Assembly (NCBI RefSeq): GCF_020745735.1
Contig: NC_083404.1
Coordinates: 119,907,731-119,971,730 of the forward strand
Reading direction: 5' to 3'
DNA from: Hemiscyllium ocellatum
Taxonomy: Eukaryota
DNA length: 64,000 nucleotides
Below are positions 13,026-26,619 of the stretch, piece after piece. Numbering within the stretch: position 1 is the first letter of the stretch; the number at the start of each line of letters is the position of its first letter. The translations under genes and the position numbers were made by a program. The notes below the pieces were generated by a model that was not told the origin of the DNA, ran no database searches, and saw only the letters and a program-made list of their open reading frames with translations.

Positions 13026-13421
13026 GAGGTAGTTCACCTTTTAGGACTTCATGTGCTATGCGCATACAATGTTGCATCTCTGCCTGCCAGTTATTCAATT
13101 GTGGATCCGCGAGCTGTATACAGAAAAATCAGTTGGCTGCTGCAACGTCTGTTTTATAACTTAAAACGTGTTTAATTGTTTTATTTAAACTAACCCACAG
13201 AATTAATCAATCCTGATAAGCAATTGATATTGGACCATTCTCATCAACATGACAATCATTATCTGTAAAAATGTGCTCATGTTATAATCGGTAATAATCA
13301 ATGGTCAGCATCTGTACACAGTTCGTATTGACTCAATGATTATAGATAATCAACAGCAATCTCCTCAAGGGAGTATCTGATCTGCTGCATTAAGTGTGGC
13401 AGGTAAATAAATTCTCACTAT

Positions 13422-15940
13422 TTAGAACATAGAACATACAACAGTACAGCACAGCACAGGCCCTTTCAGCCCTTGATGTTGTGCTGGCCTTTTATCCTAG
13501 TATAAAATCAGACAAACCTACATACCATTCATTTTACTATCATCTATGTGCCTATCCATGAGTCATTAAAATGTCCCTAATGTATCTGACTCTACAACCA
13601 CTGCTGGCAGTGCATTCCTCACACTCACTACTCTCTGTGTGAAGAACCTCCTTCTGACACCTCCCTAAACCTTCTTCCAATCAATCACCTTAAAATTATG
13701 TCCCCTCATGATAACCATTTCCACCCTTGGAAAAAGTCTCGAGCTATCCACTCTATCTATGCCTCTCATCACCATGTACACCCCCATTAAGTCACCTGTC
13801 ATCCTTCTTCACTCTAATACCAAAAGCCCTGGCCCCATCAGCCTTTCTTCATCAGACATGCTTTCCTGGTAAATCTCGTCTGCACACTCTTTGAAGCTTC
13901 CACACCCTTCCTACAATGACCAGAACTGAACACAATGTTCCAAGTGTGGTCTAACCAGGGTTTTATAGAGCTGCAACATAAACTTGCGGCTCTTCAACTC
14001 AATCACCCTAATGAAAGACATTACACCCTATGCCTTCTTAACCACCCTATCAACCTGGGTAGCAACTTTGAGGGATTTATGGATGTGGACTCCAAGATTC
14101 CTCTGTTTCTCCACACTGCCAGGAATCCTGTATTTATCCCTATAATCTGCATTCAAAATTGACCTTCCAAGGTGAATGATTTCACACTTTTCCAAATTGA
14201 ACCTCATTTGCCTTTTCTCAGCTCAGTTCTGCTTCCTGTCAATGTCCCATTGCAAACTACAACAGCCCTCCACACTATCCACAACTCCATCAACTTTCTT
14301 GTCATCAGCAAAATTACTAACCCAATCTTCCACTTCCTCATCCAAGTCATTTAAGAAACTCACAAATATCAGAGGTCCCAGAATAGATTCCTGCTGAACA
14401 CCACTAGTCACTGAGCGCCAGGATGAATACTTAATATCTACTATCATCCTCTGTCTTCTATGGGCCAGCTAATTCAGTATATAAACAGCTAAATTTCCCT
14501 GTATACCATACCTCCCTACTTTCTGAATGAGCCTACCATGGGAACTTTATCAAATGCTTTGCTAAAACCCATATACACCACATCCGCTGCTCTACCTTCA
14601 TCAATGTGCTTTGCCACATCCTCAAATAATTCAACAGGCTTATGAGGCATAACCACACCCCCCTCCACCCACAAAGCCATGCTGGCTATCTCTAACCAAA
14701 CTAATCTTTTCCAAATAATCATTAATCTTGTCTCTCAGAATCATCTCTAACAATTGGCCCACCACTGAAATCAGACTGGCTGATTTGTAAATCCCAAGGT
14801 TATCCCTTGTTCCAGAATGGGAATAACATTTGCCACTTTCCAATCATCTGATACTACACCAGTGGACAGTGAGGATGTAAAAATCATTGCCAAAGGCACA
14901 GCAATCTCTTCCAGTAGTAACCTTGGGAATAGCCCAGGGGACTTATCTATCGTCATGTTTTTCAAACTTTCCAGCACACTCTCTTTTTTAACATCACAAG
15001 GGGAAGAGCTTTAAATTGAGGGGTGATAGGTGTCGGTCAGATGTCAGAAAGTTGTAGTGGTATGGATTGCATTGCCTGCAACAATAGTAGACTCATCATC
15101 TTTAAGGGCTTTTATTTGGTTATTGGATAAACATATAGATGATAATGGAATAGTGTGGGTGAGATGGGTCTCAGATTGGTTCCACAGGTCGGCGCAACAT
15201 CGAGGGCTGCAGGAACTGAACTGCACTGCAATGTTCTATGCTCTATCAACCTGTTCGAGCATATAAGCCTGTTTCATGCTGTCCTCACAAATGACAAGGA
15301 CCCTCTCACTAGTGAATACTGAAGCAAAGTATTCATTACGGACCTCCCCTACTTCCTCCGAATCCAGGCACAATTTCACTCCATTATCTCTGATCAGCCT
15401 GACCCTCACTATGGCCAACCTCTTATTCCTCAGATAAGTGTAGAATGCCTTGGGGTTTTCCTAAATCCTACCCACTCAAGCTTTTTCACACCCCCTTCTA
15501 GCTCTCTTAAGTCCATTCTTCAGTTCCTTCCTGGCTACCTTGTAACTCTCTAAATCTCTGTTTGATCCTTGCTTAACTAAGCTTCCTTCTTCCTCTTGAC
15601 AAGATGTTCCACATCTCTTGTCATCCAAGGTTCCTTCACCCTACCATCCCTTCCTTGCCTCAATGGCGCAAACCTATCTAGCACTCACAGCAAGTGCCCC
15701 CTCAACGACCTCCACATTTCTGTTGGGCATTTCCCTGAGAACATCTGTTCCCAATTTATGCTCCACAGTTCCCGCCTAATACCATTGTGATTCCCCTCCC
15801 CCAATTAAATACTTTCCCATACCATCTGCTCCTTTCCCTGTAGTAAAGGTCAGGGAGTTGTGATCCCTACCATCAAAATGCTCTCCTACCAAGAGATCTG
15901 ACATCTGACCCGGTTCATTGCCAAGCACCAAATCCAATAG
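13422..15940 (-). mobile_element. CR1 LINE, decayed ORF2 and 3' end
   Basis: ORF-track peptides VTSGVQQESILGPLIFVSFLNDLD..WVSNFADD, DVVYMGFSKAFDKVP and DDWKVANVIP. (TAGAACA)n tail at ~13422-13440. Confidence 0.9.
14998..15247 (+). mobile_element. CR1 3' tail inserted in opposite orientation inside the 13422-15940 CR1
   Basis: ctttaaattgaggggtgatag..gcaacatcgagggc..gttctatgctctat is homologous to 61600-61850. The host LINE resumes after it. Confidence 0.8.
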
Positions 15941-16139
15941 GGGCAATCAAGAGTTGCACAGAAACTGAAACACTTAAACAAATAATCAGACAATATACAG
16001 ACATATGGATAAATAAGAAAACTCACAGAGAAATAATGTACAGATTAGAATAGTACATCTTGTGAAAGTATATTCAAAGGGCCCCACATACGAGTTAATT
16101 TGAGTAGTAAAAATAGTTATGTTTTTCATAAAAGGGATA

Positions 16140-16340
16140 TGAGGCCTGCAGAGGCTAGAGAGTCAGAGTAGATAGAGTGTGGCACTGAAAAAAAGCACAG
16201 CAGATCAGGCAGCATTTGAGGAGCAGGAGGGTCGACGCTTTGAGCAGAACTGATGAAAAATCCTGCCCGATATCTTGACCTTCCTGCTCCTCAGTTGCTG
16301 CTTGCCCTGCTGTATTTTTTCCAGCAGCACTCTATCTACT
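16140..16340. mobile_element. Palindromic PLE family A mini-element
   Basis: agtagatagagtg..cagcagatcaggcagcat is inverted against tgctgcttgccctgctg..cactctatctact. Centre gtcgacgctttgagcagaactgatgaaaaatcctgcccga. Confidence 0.75.
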
Positions 16341-16799
16341 TTTTTTTTATAAAACAAAGTCCAACAAACAAACTATAAGGTAAGAGAGATCTGATCTGCA
16401 TTTTATATATAAAAAATACAAAGATACTGGAGAAGATGCAAGAAAAAAGATTTTCAAAACTTCTGCCAAACATGAGAGGTGAAACCTCTCACAACATATT
16501 GAAAAGATTGGGGCTCTTGCCTCTAACAAAAGAGGTTACAAACAACAGCTTATGAAAGAATTTGATACACACACAATCAGAACAATGTGGAACAAGTGTC
16601 CATTACACTGATAAATCCAAATCAAAATAAATCCAAGTTTTTGAGCGTGGATCTTGCTTCCACAATGAATAGCTCAGGTTAAAAAACAGAGATGCAATTA
16701 AGGGGAAGTTATATAAGTTGAGGAAAAAAGAACGAGGATATATTCTTGCAGTTAAATGAAGAAAAATCAGAGAAAGTTTATATGTCCATATTAAATCAG

Positions 16800-18130
16800 T
16801 ACAGAAGTAAATCATTCAGATTAATCATTCCGTTCAATGATTCAACAACTTTTGCCTGCTCCACCACCACTGAATAAGATCAATGTTCATCATTTTTTGC
16901 TTCAAATTCAACATTGACACCTCGCTCCATTGACCTAAGATTCCCCTACCTAATAAGAATCAATCTGCCTCTGTCTTCCAAATATTCAATGACTCCATCT
17001 CCAATACCTTTTAAGGAAGAGAGTTCTGAAGTTGCACAATCCGCTGAGAAAAAAATGTTCCTCCTGGTGACTGGCTGACTCCCTAATTTTAAATCTGTTG
17101 CCGTTTAGTTCTCAGATTTACCCAATAGACGAAACATCGATTCCACATTCATTCTGTCAAGACTATTCATGATCTTACACATTTCAATCAAATCATCCCT
17201 CACTCGGTTAACCTCCAATGGAATCAAGCCCTGCTTCTTCAACTTATCCTTCTAAATCAGCCCGCTCTTCCCAGGTAGCAATCTAGCGAACCTGTTCTGA
17301 TCTGCCCTCAATGTATATACATCATTCTTTTAATAAGGGGACGACAATGTTTTCCTACTCATTCATAGGATGTGGGTACCACTGGCTAGGCCAGCATTTA
17401 TTTCCCATCCCTAACTGCCCAGAGAGTAGTCAAGAGTTAACCACATTGCTATAATTATAGTCCATCCTAATGACAATCTGATCTGGAAGAGAAGTGGTGA
17501 AGGCATTGGATTTTCAGGAGGGGGTGTGACCTTCTGACCTTTATCTTCTTCATCTGATCCCTTATCCATGTCCTGTACTTGTGTATCTTGATCCGGTTGT
17601 GATGAAGTCTCTTTTACCTTGGTTTTTTTTCACCTCCAGTATTCTTCTTGTCAAAGTGAACAAATATACTTCAGCTGCCAGATTTTTGCTCACTCACTCA
17701 GCCTATATGTATGTGCCTATAAGTTTCTTATGCCATCTTCACAATGTATTTTCCTAACATCTTGCTGTCATCTGCAAGCTTATCCATTACGTTTTCACTC
17801 CCCTCATTTAAGTCATTGATGTATCTTATAAAACACTGAGTCCCAACCCAAGCCTCTGCAGGACTCCACTCATCAGATCCTGCCAATCAATCAAAGCCTA
17901 TTTATGCATACTCTCTCTTTTCTGCCAACCAGCCAGCTAGCTAACCTTCTATCCATGCTGTCATGTTATACCATGAGCTTTAATTTTCTGTATTTATGTT
18001 TGATGTTGTGCATTATCAAACACCTTCTGGAAATCCAAACATAGTATTCTACAGTATCGGTCAGTCAAAAGTTCATATTACTCCTTCAAAGAAGTGTTGA
18101 AATTGAGCTGAAACACAGCACAAACCCATG
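16800..18130 (-). mobile_element. Old CR1 fragments, interrupted by a SINE-B tail at ~17355-17452
   Basis: Typical antisense CR1 3' sequence (aggaagagagttc, ttcatgatcttacacatttcaatc, ttgctgtcatctgcaa = antisense of ADD, ttatcaaacaccttctggaaatcc = antisense of DFQKVFD). Confidence 0.65.
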
Positions 18131-18231
18131 TGACTAAATGACCATTTATATATATATATATAGACCTATAAATAACATGCAGTTTTTCTTTTCTGGCTTG
18201 AACAATAAGAGTAGACCAGTAGACAGGCTAA

Positions 18232-18365
18232 TGATTTAATACCTCATTTGAAGGACATCACCTCCAATTGAGCTTCTTTAATATTGCACAAAATTGTCAA
18301 CGTGAATTTCATACTCAATCTTGGGATGAGCAACACTTTCCGGCTAAGCAGCTTGAATCCTACCA
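18232..18365 (-). mobile_element. Highly decayed DeuSINE (SacSINE1-like) fragment
   Basis: tttaatacctcatttgaaggacatcacctcc..attgcac..tgtcaac resembles the reverse complement of the elasmobranch DeuSINE body as I recall it. Confidence 0.4.
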
Positions 18366-19911
18366 GCCTTTAGACAGATATGAGCCAGATGTTGGCAAAT
18401 GGAACTAGATTAATTTAGGATGCCTGGTAAGCATGGATGAGTTGGACCAAAGAGTCTGTTTCCATGCTGTCCAATTCTATAACTCTGTGACTCTTAGTGA
18501 AGCTAACAGGGACATAACACAAGGAGCGATGTAGATATACAGACAATTAAATAACCAAAATTGGATCAGCCAAGTATAACAAAGGAATGCATAAAGAAAT
18601 AGGCAAATGTAGAGGAAGTACATAAAGATTGGGAGAAATAAGCTAGGAGAGAGAACAAATAGGGTGGTGAAATTCTTCTTGTCAAGAAGTTTGGTGGGAA
18701 ACTAGTGTATATACAGATCTTATTATTATACTGATGAAATATTGATATCAGTAATGATACCAACAAGGAGAACACTGGAGATTAATGTCTGGAGAAAGTT
18801 GTTCAATATACACGTATTTGAACAAAGCATGAAGGTGGAAGGAATAAGAAAATTTAAAACAAGGGTAATAAGTGACTGGCAAAATCAATTCCAGGAGCAG
18901 CATCTAAGAGTCATAACTAATCAGTAATAACCTAATCCTGAAAACATTCATGTGAGTTTGCTAGAATGCATGCAGGAGCAATCTCTTGATGCACCACTTC
19001 AGCTTACTCAGACCATGTGAAGAAAATAGGAACATTTTTCCTGCTAAGTCTACTTGAGTGAATTAATTTTGTGATGTCAACATTTTCCAAGTCCCTTTCA
19101 TCAATTCCTTGCTGACAAGCTGCTCAGATTCGGTTCACAATGTTTGGTTCATCGTATCAAAGATATAATCTTTGTAGTGATAATTTCCACTTACATAGTT
19201 ATTGCATGATCCAGAAATAATGATGACTACATAACCTAAGTTACCAGCAGCCATAACCATTGTTGGTTTCTTTTCTCTGGAAAAGATTGGTATAAATAAA
19301 TTAATTTTCAAGGGACAAAAAGATACGAGAAATGAGAAATAACAGCATGACTAAATAATGTAAATAGGACGTCAACTTCATTCAAATAGCACAGACAATT
19401 ATCAGATGATAATGTAAGGGCTCTGATGGAGTAGGTGGTGAATGCCATTTCTATCAGCAGGAGGTTCAATAAGCAGAAGATCACAGATTTATAGTAATTG
19501 GCAAAAATCCATGGGGGAGATGAGCCTCAATGAGTTGTAATGACCAAGAATGTTCTGTCTGAAATTATAGAGGAAGGAGATTCAACAAGAAATTGGATTG
19601 CAACTTAAAAGGGAACAACTTGCAGGGTTAGGGAGAAAGATAAGGTACTGAAATAAACTGGTAGCTCTTTTGGTATTCCAACACACACACATATCATTCA
19701 ATGCAGAATTGTTTCACAAGGACCTCCGCAAAACTTCAGAACTTAAGCAGTAGAATGAATAAAAAATTTCAATCATTTTCGGTGTGTTTTTCATTTGGAA
19801 AATGTCATCTTGAATAATGAATGAACAATAAACAAAGTGCAGTGACCCAGGTTTTTTAATGCCAATTGTGAAAGAACAGAGTCAGTGAGTTATTCATTAA
19901 TGTTCCCAAAA

Positions 19912-20045
19912 TAAAAATCAAATATTGCAAAGGCTGGAGATCTAAAATAAAAATATAAAGTGTTGGAAAAATTCAATGAGTCTGACAGCATCTGTGGAGA
20001 GAGAAGCAGAGCGAATGCTTTGAGTCCAATATGATTCTTCTAATT
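19912..20045 (-). mobile_element. PLE family D terminal repeat
   Basis: attgcaaaggctggagatctaaaat..gtctgacagcatctgtggagagagaagcagag..ttcttct. Confidence 0.7.
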
Positions 20046-20114
20046 CAGGATAGTCATAAAGCATTCACTGTTTTAATTCACTTATTACATTTGTGTTAAC
20101 GTTCTACCATCAAC

Positions 20115-20370
20115 AACATTGCTGTGGGTCTGGAGTTACATGTCAGCCAGACCAGGTAGAGGATGGTAGCTTCATCCCCAAAAGGACATCAGTGAATCAT
20201 GTTTTTTTTTCAGACAATTGACAATGGATTCATGGTCTTTATTTGACTCTTAAATCCAGATTTTTTAAAATTAAATTTAAATTACACCATCTGCCAGGAC
20301 TTGAACCCAGATACTCAGAACATTATTTGGATTTCTTGATTAAAAATGCAGTGATAATACCACTTGGCCC
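20115..20370 (-). mobile_element. tRNA-derived SINE ('SINE-B')
   Basis: Reverse complement of the family at 50645-50985 and 57330-57690 (acattgctgtgggtctggagttacatg..ttgaacc..ataccacttggcc). Confidence 0.75.
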
Positions 20371-20379
20371 CTTACAATA

Positions 20380-21085
20380 AGTAGACTATCTAACCACCAC
20401 CACTTGACAATCAATGGTGCTGCCATCTTTGAATCCCCACCTGTCGACATCCTTGGGATTACCACTTACCAGAAAATCAACTGGACTCGCCATATAAACA
20501 CAGTGGCTACAAAAGGAGGTCAGAGGTTAGAAACAACTGTGACTCCCCAAAAGCTGTCCATCTTCAAAGCATAAGTCAGGAGTATGATGTATTGGTCCCC
20601 ACTTGCTGGATAGGTGCAGCTCCAATGACAGCCAAGAAGCTGTAATCATCCAGGTCAAAATAGATCTACTTGACTGGCACCATATCTGCAATCATCTATT
20701 CCCTCCACTATTTGATGCTCAATAGCAGCAATCTGTACTCTCGACAAGATGTGCTGCAGAAATTCACCAAGGGTCCTTAAACCATACCTTCCAAATCTAC
20801 AGCAACATCCATCTAAAAAACAAGGATAGCAGATACATAGAAACACCACCGGCTGCAAGTTCTCCACCAAGCCACTCATCATCCTGACTTGGAAACATAT
20901 GGCAGTTCCTTTATTGTTGCTTTGTCAAAAACCCAGAATTCCCTCTCATTATGGGTCACCTAGAGCACATGGATTGCTGCAGTTCGAGAAAACAACTCAG
21001 CACCAGCTTTGCAAGGGCAACTAGGGATGGGCAATAAATGCTGGCCAGCTAATGGCACTCACATCTGAGTGAATAAAGAAAAAAA
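20380..21085 (+). mobile_element. LINE ('family 2') 3' end
   Basis: ILGITT.QKINW.RHINTVATK and FKA*VRSMMYW remnants. 3' tail gggcaactagggatgggcaataaatgctggccagc..gaataaagaaaaaa. Confidence 0.75.
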
Positions 21086-21514
21086 TGACTTGAATGGAAT
21101 TTGGGACGAAGAGGGCATCTCCTTCGCTAGATAGAGGAATCCTAAATGCAACATATTGGAAGAAAGATTCATCTTCAGCAATGTTTTGGATAATGGGAGG
21201 TCTCAGATTGGCTGTCTATTCTACACTGTCTCTGCTATTTGGATGTTTTATCATCAAAGGCATTAAATGTCAAGTGCTGTGTATAATTAGAGATTGATCT
21301 GAAACAACCTGTTATGTACAAATTACTGAGTTGAATTTCTATCCCTTCAAGCATAAGCCAGGATGTCTAAATTAGAACAGTTTATTCAATGTCAAATTAT
21401 GTACAGAAAATGAAATAGAGAAAACGCTAGATGGGATTGACAGTAAGAGATATGAAAAAACATATTGCAAAAATGTTTAAAATCTGAAGGAATGAAGCTT
21501 CAGATAAAACAAAT

Positions 21515-21780
21515 GTAAGGAGTCTACAAAATGATTTAGACAGGTGACAGGAGTGGACTACCTGGTAGAAACATTGTAATGAGGGATAAGTGTGAAATTG
21601 TCCATTTTGATGGGAATAATTAAAAAAGAAATATATTATCCAAATAGGGAGATGTTGCAGAGTTCTGAGCTGCAGAGAGATCTGGGTATCCTAATGAATG
21701 GATCGGAAACTGTTAGCATGCTGACAAGGAATTAGAAAAGCCAGTCAAATGTTTTTGTTTATTGTGAAGGGAATTGAATA
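21515..21780 (+). mobile_element. CR1 RT-downstream fragment
   Basis: LQNDLDR, DKCEIVHF and QRDLGIL remnants. Confidence 0.7.
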
Positions 21781-22051
21781 TTTCACAGACAAATATCCAT
21801 ACATTGACTGAGATAGAAAAAGATTTTCAGAGATTTACAAAGGCTTCATTGTAAATCTGTTTGTTTGCATAAACACCAGCTTCCACTTTTCTCACTTTAA
21901 CCCCCTTTCCCTGTTTATAAATCAAAATCCCACATGAGAAGAACCCAGCTTAATAATCACAAACCAGGGACACTATAACAATGACAAATGAAAAGTGAGA
22001 GACTAGGTGGGGCTAAATCAAAATGTTGTGTGAGGTGAAAATGATACCAGG

Positions 22052-22140
22052 TTTGAAGAAGGGCCACTGAACTACAAATTCTGTTTTCTCTGGGCAAATG
22101 GTGTCAGGCCTTTTGAGTTTTTCAGCAATTTTTGTTTTTT
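22052..22140 (+). mobile_element. Decayed PLE family D terminal repeat
   Basis: ttgaagaagggccactga..tgtcaggccttttgagtttttcagcaatttttgttttt. Confidence 0.5.
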
Positions 22141-24589
22141 TAATCATGTTTATTTACACTTATAGAAAATTGTTTTGGTGCCAGAAAGGTTGCTTGGAGA
22201 TAAATAAGACATAACATACCATTACAAGTATCTTACTCTTCAATAAAAATCTTTAGAACATAATAATTAGAGGCATGGAAAGGTTACCTGGCCCCTCAAG
22301 GTGATTTGTCACTGCATCAGATCACAATTGATCTACCCTGCCAGCTTGTGCCCTTACTACAGGTTCCTGAAGTGTTGAAAAACTATCAATTTTGATCTTA
22401 AATATACCGATATAAACTGAGTAACCAAAGTCATCTTGTGAAGAGAATTTGAAAGGTTCTGAATGAAAAAATTTCTTCTCCTCATAGTTTTAAATGTTTG
22501 AGTCTTTTTCTGACCCCTGTAGGTTCTCTTTTTAGGAACATTGAGTTGAACGGGGCCACATTATCTGAAGTTCAGAACAAAGGGAGAGGTAAGCTTAATA
22601 AATTGCATAAGATTTATAAGGCCTTGCCAATGTAGATGCAGACTGGCTGAATAAGAGTCTTCGAGCCAGTTTTTTAATTGCCCTCTGGGACATGACCATG
22701 TGCCACTGCAACCTAACAGTTGCTATTTTAGAGGTTTCCTTTGCATCCTGACACCTCCAAGAAAGTCTAATACAAGCATAGTAGGGGAAGGAACCATTCA
22801 TCTCTAAGTAAAAGCTCATTTTGGACCAGGAGGTCAGAACTACAATTTTCAATGGAGTTTTTGAGGTAAGAAAAGACCCACGTACATCACTGCATTACTG
22901 CCAGGTTCATTGAAGACTGAAGAAAAATGTTTTTTTGAAATGATTAATATTGTTGATCTCTTCAGTTTCCTTCGCCAGAACATGTACATTGTCTCAGTTT
23001 TGACCCAAGCATACACTTCACGCCTTTATGCTGCTAAACTCTTAGACTAGGCAGTCCAAGGCCCAATGTGGCAGCTGTCTGTTTTTGCCACTAATGTCAG
23101 GAATGCACCTCAGACCTCCCAGAAATGTTCAGCACCATTAATGTGCTTATGTCAAGCTTAAAAGGGATATTAGCATTTATAATAGATTCTATGCTCATGT
23201 CCTGAACTCCGCTTTGAACATCTGGCCCATAATCTCAGGATTAGGTATAGACATTTAAGAATGAGGTAAGGAGACATTTCTTCACTTCAATCATTGCAAA
23301 CGTTTTGAATCCTCCACTCCAGTAGCTATTGGTGCACTCAGTGGGTACCCTTCACACAGCAGAAAGAACTTGAGTGTGGAGTTTATTGGAAAGTTGTCAG
23401 TGAAGTTAAGCATCTGGAGGTCTGTGGGAACTTAAACAATATCTCTGTATTTCCGCCTTTGGATTCTGGGGGCTTCTCTCCTTTATAGTTGTGAGAGTCG
23501 ACAACCTCAGTATTATGGTGAAAACTGGAACGGGGGTCAGCTTGCTGTCATCATTGTTAAAGGTTTAAAAGCATCTTGTGTTCTTCTTCACTTGCCATTA
23601 GCTACATGGACACATTGACACTGTTGGATAAACATGACAAAGAAATATGAAATTGCAATTACACAGAAAGCTATCAATGGTTAAAAGCTCTACCCGACAT
23701 GGCACTGAATCTGACTGAATGGAAATGCCCCACATTTGATTCCTGGCCTGTTTTGGCTAAATTGTTCACAGCCAGGTCAGCATTGGTATGCTACAATTGG
23801 TTTCAGTATCGCTTTGTTTAGCCATTAATTAGGATTCCCATTTCTGATTGAATTCTAATACCCATGTTTAAAGTCAGGCAACATTATTAAATGATAATGA
23901 TGCCATTCATAAAAGGGCCAGCACCACACACCACCTCACACTTCCAAACTGAAAGTAGATAGAAGTTGCAGATAATGATTAAAATTGTTTGAGTCAATAC
24001 AGTGGGCAGAAGTCCGTAAAGAAACAAATGGAAATATATCATTCTGTTAAGTTGGTTTCAATATTAAATACTACAGCAACGTCCAGTAAAGAATAGGGTA
24101 TGTGAGAAGCAAAAGACATCATTGATTCCCCAGCGAACTATCACTTTGTACAACTCACTCAAGAAGGAAAACACAAAGAAAGAACTGAAGCTGCGACAAT
24201 GTCAAGGTTATGATATACTTTGCATCAGCCATAAAACCTGCAGTTCAAGAAGTGTTGCTAGGATGCAGAATTTCTCAATTCTTTTACATCATGTCTATTG
24301 TTAAACATTTTCCACAGGCTTCAATTATGTTCACAGAATGGCAGTTGGTTTGTATTTTATCTTCTGTACATGCTGCATACATTTTCAAAATTTAATTCCT
24401 TGCCAGAAATGTTTAAAATCATATTCCTGGCGCCCATTTTGCAACATTGTTAAATGGATGTTATTTTTCATATAATTTCTGAAACTAAATCTATTAAATT
24501 AAGGATTCTATACAGAGTGTCAGACTACTTGCAAACATCAATAAATGTATATTTTATATGGCCAAGACTTCATAAAGGCAGCAACATAA

Positions 24590-24712
24590 ACACAAAAGAA
24601 TTGCAGTTGCTAGAAATCTGAAACAAAAATAGAGTCCTGAAGAAACATAACAGGTCTGGTGGCACCTGTTGGGAGAAAAACAGAATTAACATTTTGAGTC
24701 CAGTGACCTTTA
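24590..24712 (-). mobile_element. PLE family D terminal repeat
   Basis: aaagaattgcagttgctagaaatctgaaac..ttaacattttgagtccagtgacctt; ends within hammerhead stem II. Confidence 0.7.
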
Positions 24713-26619
24713 TGAAGCTACGCATGGTGATAAGCGAATGTATCACAGGAGTTTACTTTATTATGCTGCAATGCCGTGTGCACAAAAGCTGGCATATGCA
24801 TATGATTTCTAACAAAAAAATTGCGACATAATTATACAAAAATGAATCCAAAATATTAGGAAGGATGACCAGAAACTTAATTAAAACAACAAATTAATGG
24901 AAGGATTGCAAAGGAGAAGGAAATAGCAAGTTTTTAAAGAACATTTTAGAGCATTGGACATAAATGTTGAAAGGTATGGCTCATAGTCCTGGACTGGAAG
25001 GAATAGTTGCCACAGTCAGAGGAATGGAAAATTGAGGTGGGGAGAGGAAAGGGGTTCTTGGTAACAGAGTTGCAGATGTTTAATGAAAGCAGAAGTAAGC
25101 CAATCCTTAGTGCTGGATGCTGATTAATGGGACAGGATGAGATAGGATATGGGAAGCAAAAATTTTAATAAACTAATGTTTACAGAGTCTGTAGATTCAA
25201 GACCATCAAGGAGAACATTGGAACAGTAATTTCGAGATGACAGACTTGTATAAAAATGTTACAACAGATACACTTTTATTCTTCCCTCATTCTAATCATT
25301 CTACTTGACATTCAACCCTACTGACAAAAAATATTCAATGTTTGACAATTTTACAGAAGTATATCACAAATCAACTGTTTAATATCACATCCATAATATT
25401 GTCATCCTCTACTCTACCTCAGTCTCTCTGCTGAAATATTTTCAAGGTCCTTAACATGTCTGGATAATTAGCTAATACCCTCTGTTGGTTTGGGTGTCGA
25501 GGCTTCAGTTGTATGGACTAAGCTAAATCTTCAGAAATGAAATCAGAAATAAAAGCTTCTAAATATAAAAGAGAATAGACATTCAGAATAGCAATCCCCA
25601 AATTCACTTGATTTAAAATCAATGACTAATTTAAAAATTGAAATTGATAAACTTTGTGTGAATAAGAGATAAAATGGAAAATCCAGCATACAGAATTAGA
25701 TCACAGGTAACAGTAGAACTAGCTCAATGGAATTAGTGACATCCTCAGTCCCCTTTTCTTTGATCAAAAGCAAATGGAAAATAAACCATTTTAGGCTATA
25801 ATCAACTAGTTACTTGAAAGGAAATTCACTGAGTTGGTTTTATAGAAAGGGTTCTTTGAAGGAGGAGAAATTTGGTTCACTATGTTAATTCCTGCAGAAT
25901 TGCTAATGAGGAAACATGCCCACAGTCAATGACATAATACATGCAACTATAATTCAGAGAATTTCAATGTATGTTGATGTAAAGTGATTAAAAAGTCAAA
26001 AATGGAGTTACAGAAAAGTTAGACATAGATTTGAAAGAGAACAATTTATTTAAGAACTTATATAAAGGTAGGTAAAAATAATTGTCAGTGTTACACCTTA
26101 CTGTGATACTATTCTCTGGAGTCCTGGCTGAGAACAATTCAGTCAACACTGACCATGAATCAAACATTGAATATTTCTTGTCAGCAGGGTTGAATGCCAA
26201 GTAGAGTGATTAGAATGAGGGAAGAATAAATCCATCAGGATGAATTAAAGTGAGTGGAAATCACTAAAACCATTCTGTGCGAATGCAATTTCATGTTTCG
26301 TTTTTAAAATATATTTAGCCAAGAATGCTTGTGTGACTGTGTGGGTAAATGGATAAATTGATGAGAACATGAGCTGCTTTTGAATCTTCAAGAATGGTAA
26401 CTGGGACCCAATTTTAATATGAAGTTGAAGGTGTGTACTGTACCTTTAAGAGAGCATGAATGCTGTTTTGCACTGACAGCTTATAAATACCTGTCATATG
26501 ACTAGCTAGAGGTCTCAGAGTGTACTGGAAAACTGAAAATATGTAACATTTGACTGTGAAATAGATATCTAAATTGTTTGCTGTTTTGATAACAATTCAA
26601 ATTTAACCAATCAGTTTAA

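Larger units (their letters stand above)
9660..13200 (+). mobile_element. Degenerate Ty3/Gypsy-like provirus relic (gag/protease remnants between two diverged LTR-like repeats)
   Basis: Diverged direct repeats at ~9670-9780 and ~13030-13146 (shared catgtgct..caatgttg..ctctgcctg..aaatcagttggctgctg). PBS-like tggt at ~9860. Gag zinc-knuckle remnant CRRCSLLH..P..NQFCR..GHWQAQC at ~10613-10711 (frameshifted). Later PLE and CR1 insertions inside. Confidence 0.55.

Noticed and set aside
22595-22852. 85-aa minus-strand ORF in unique-looking DNA
   Set aside because: No recognisable motif or convincing splice signals, and its length is within chance expectation.
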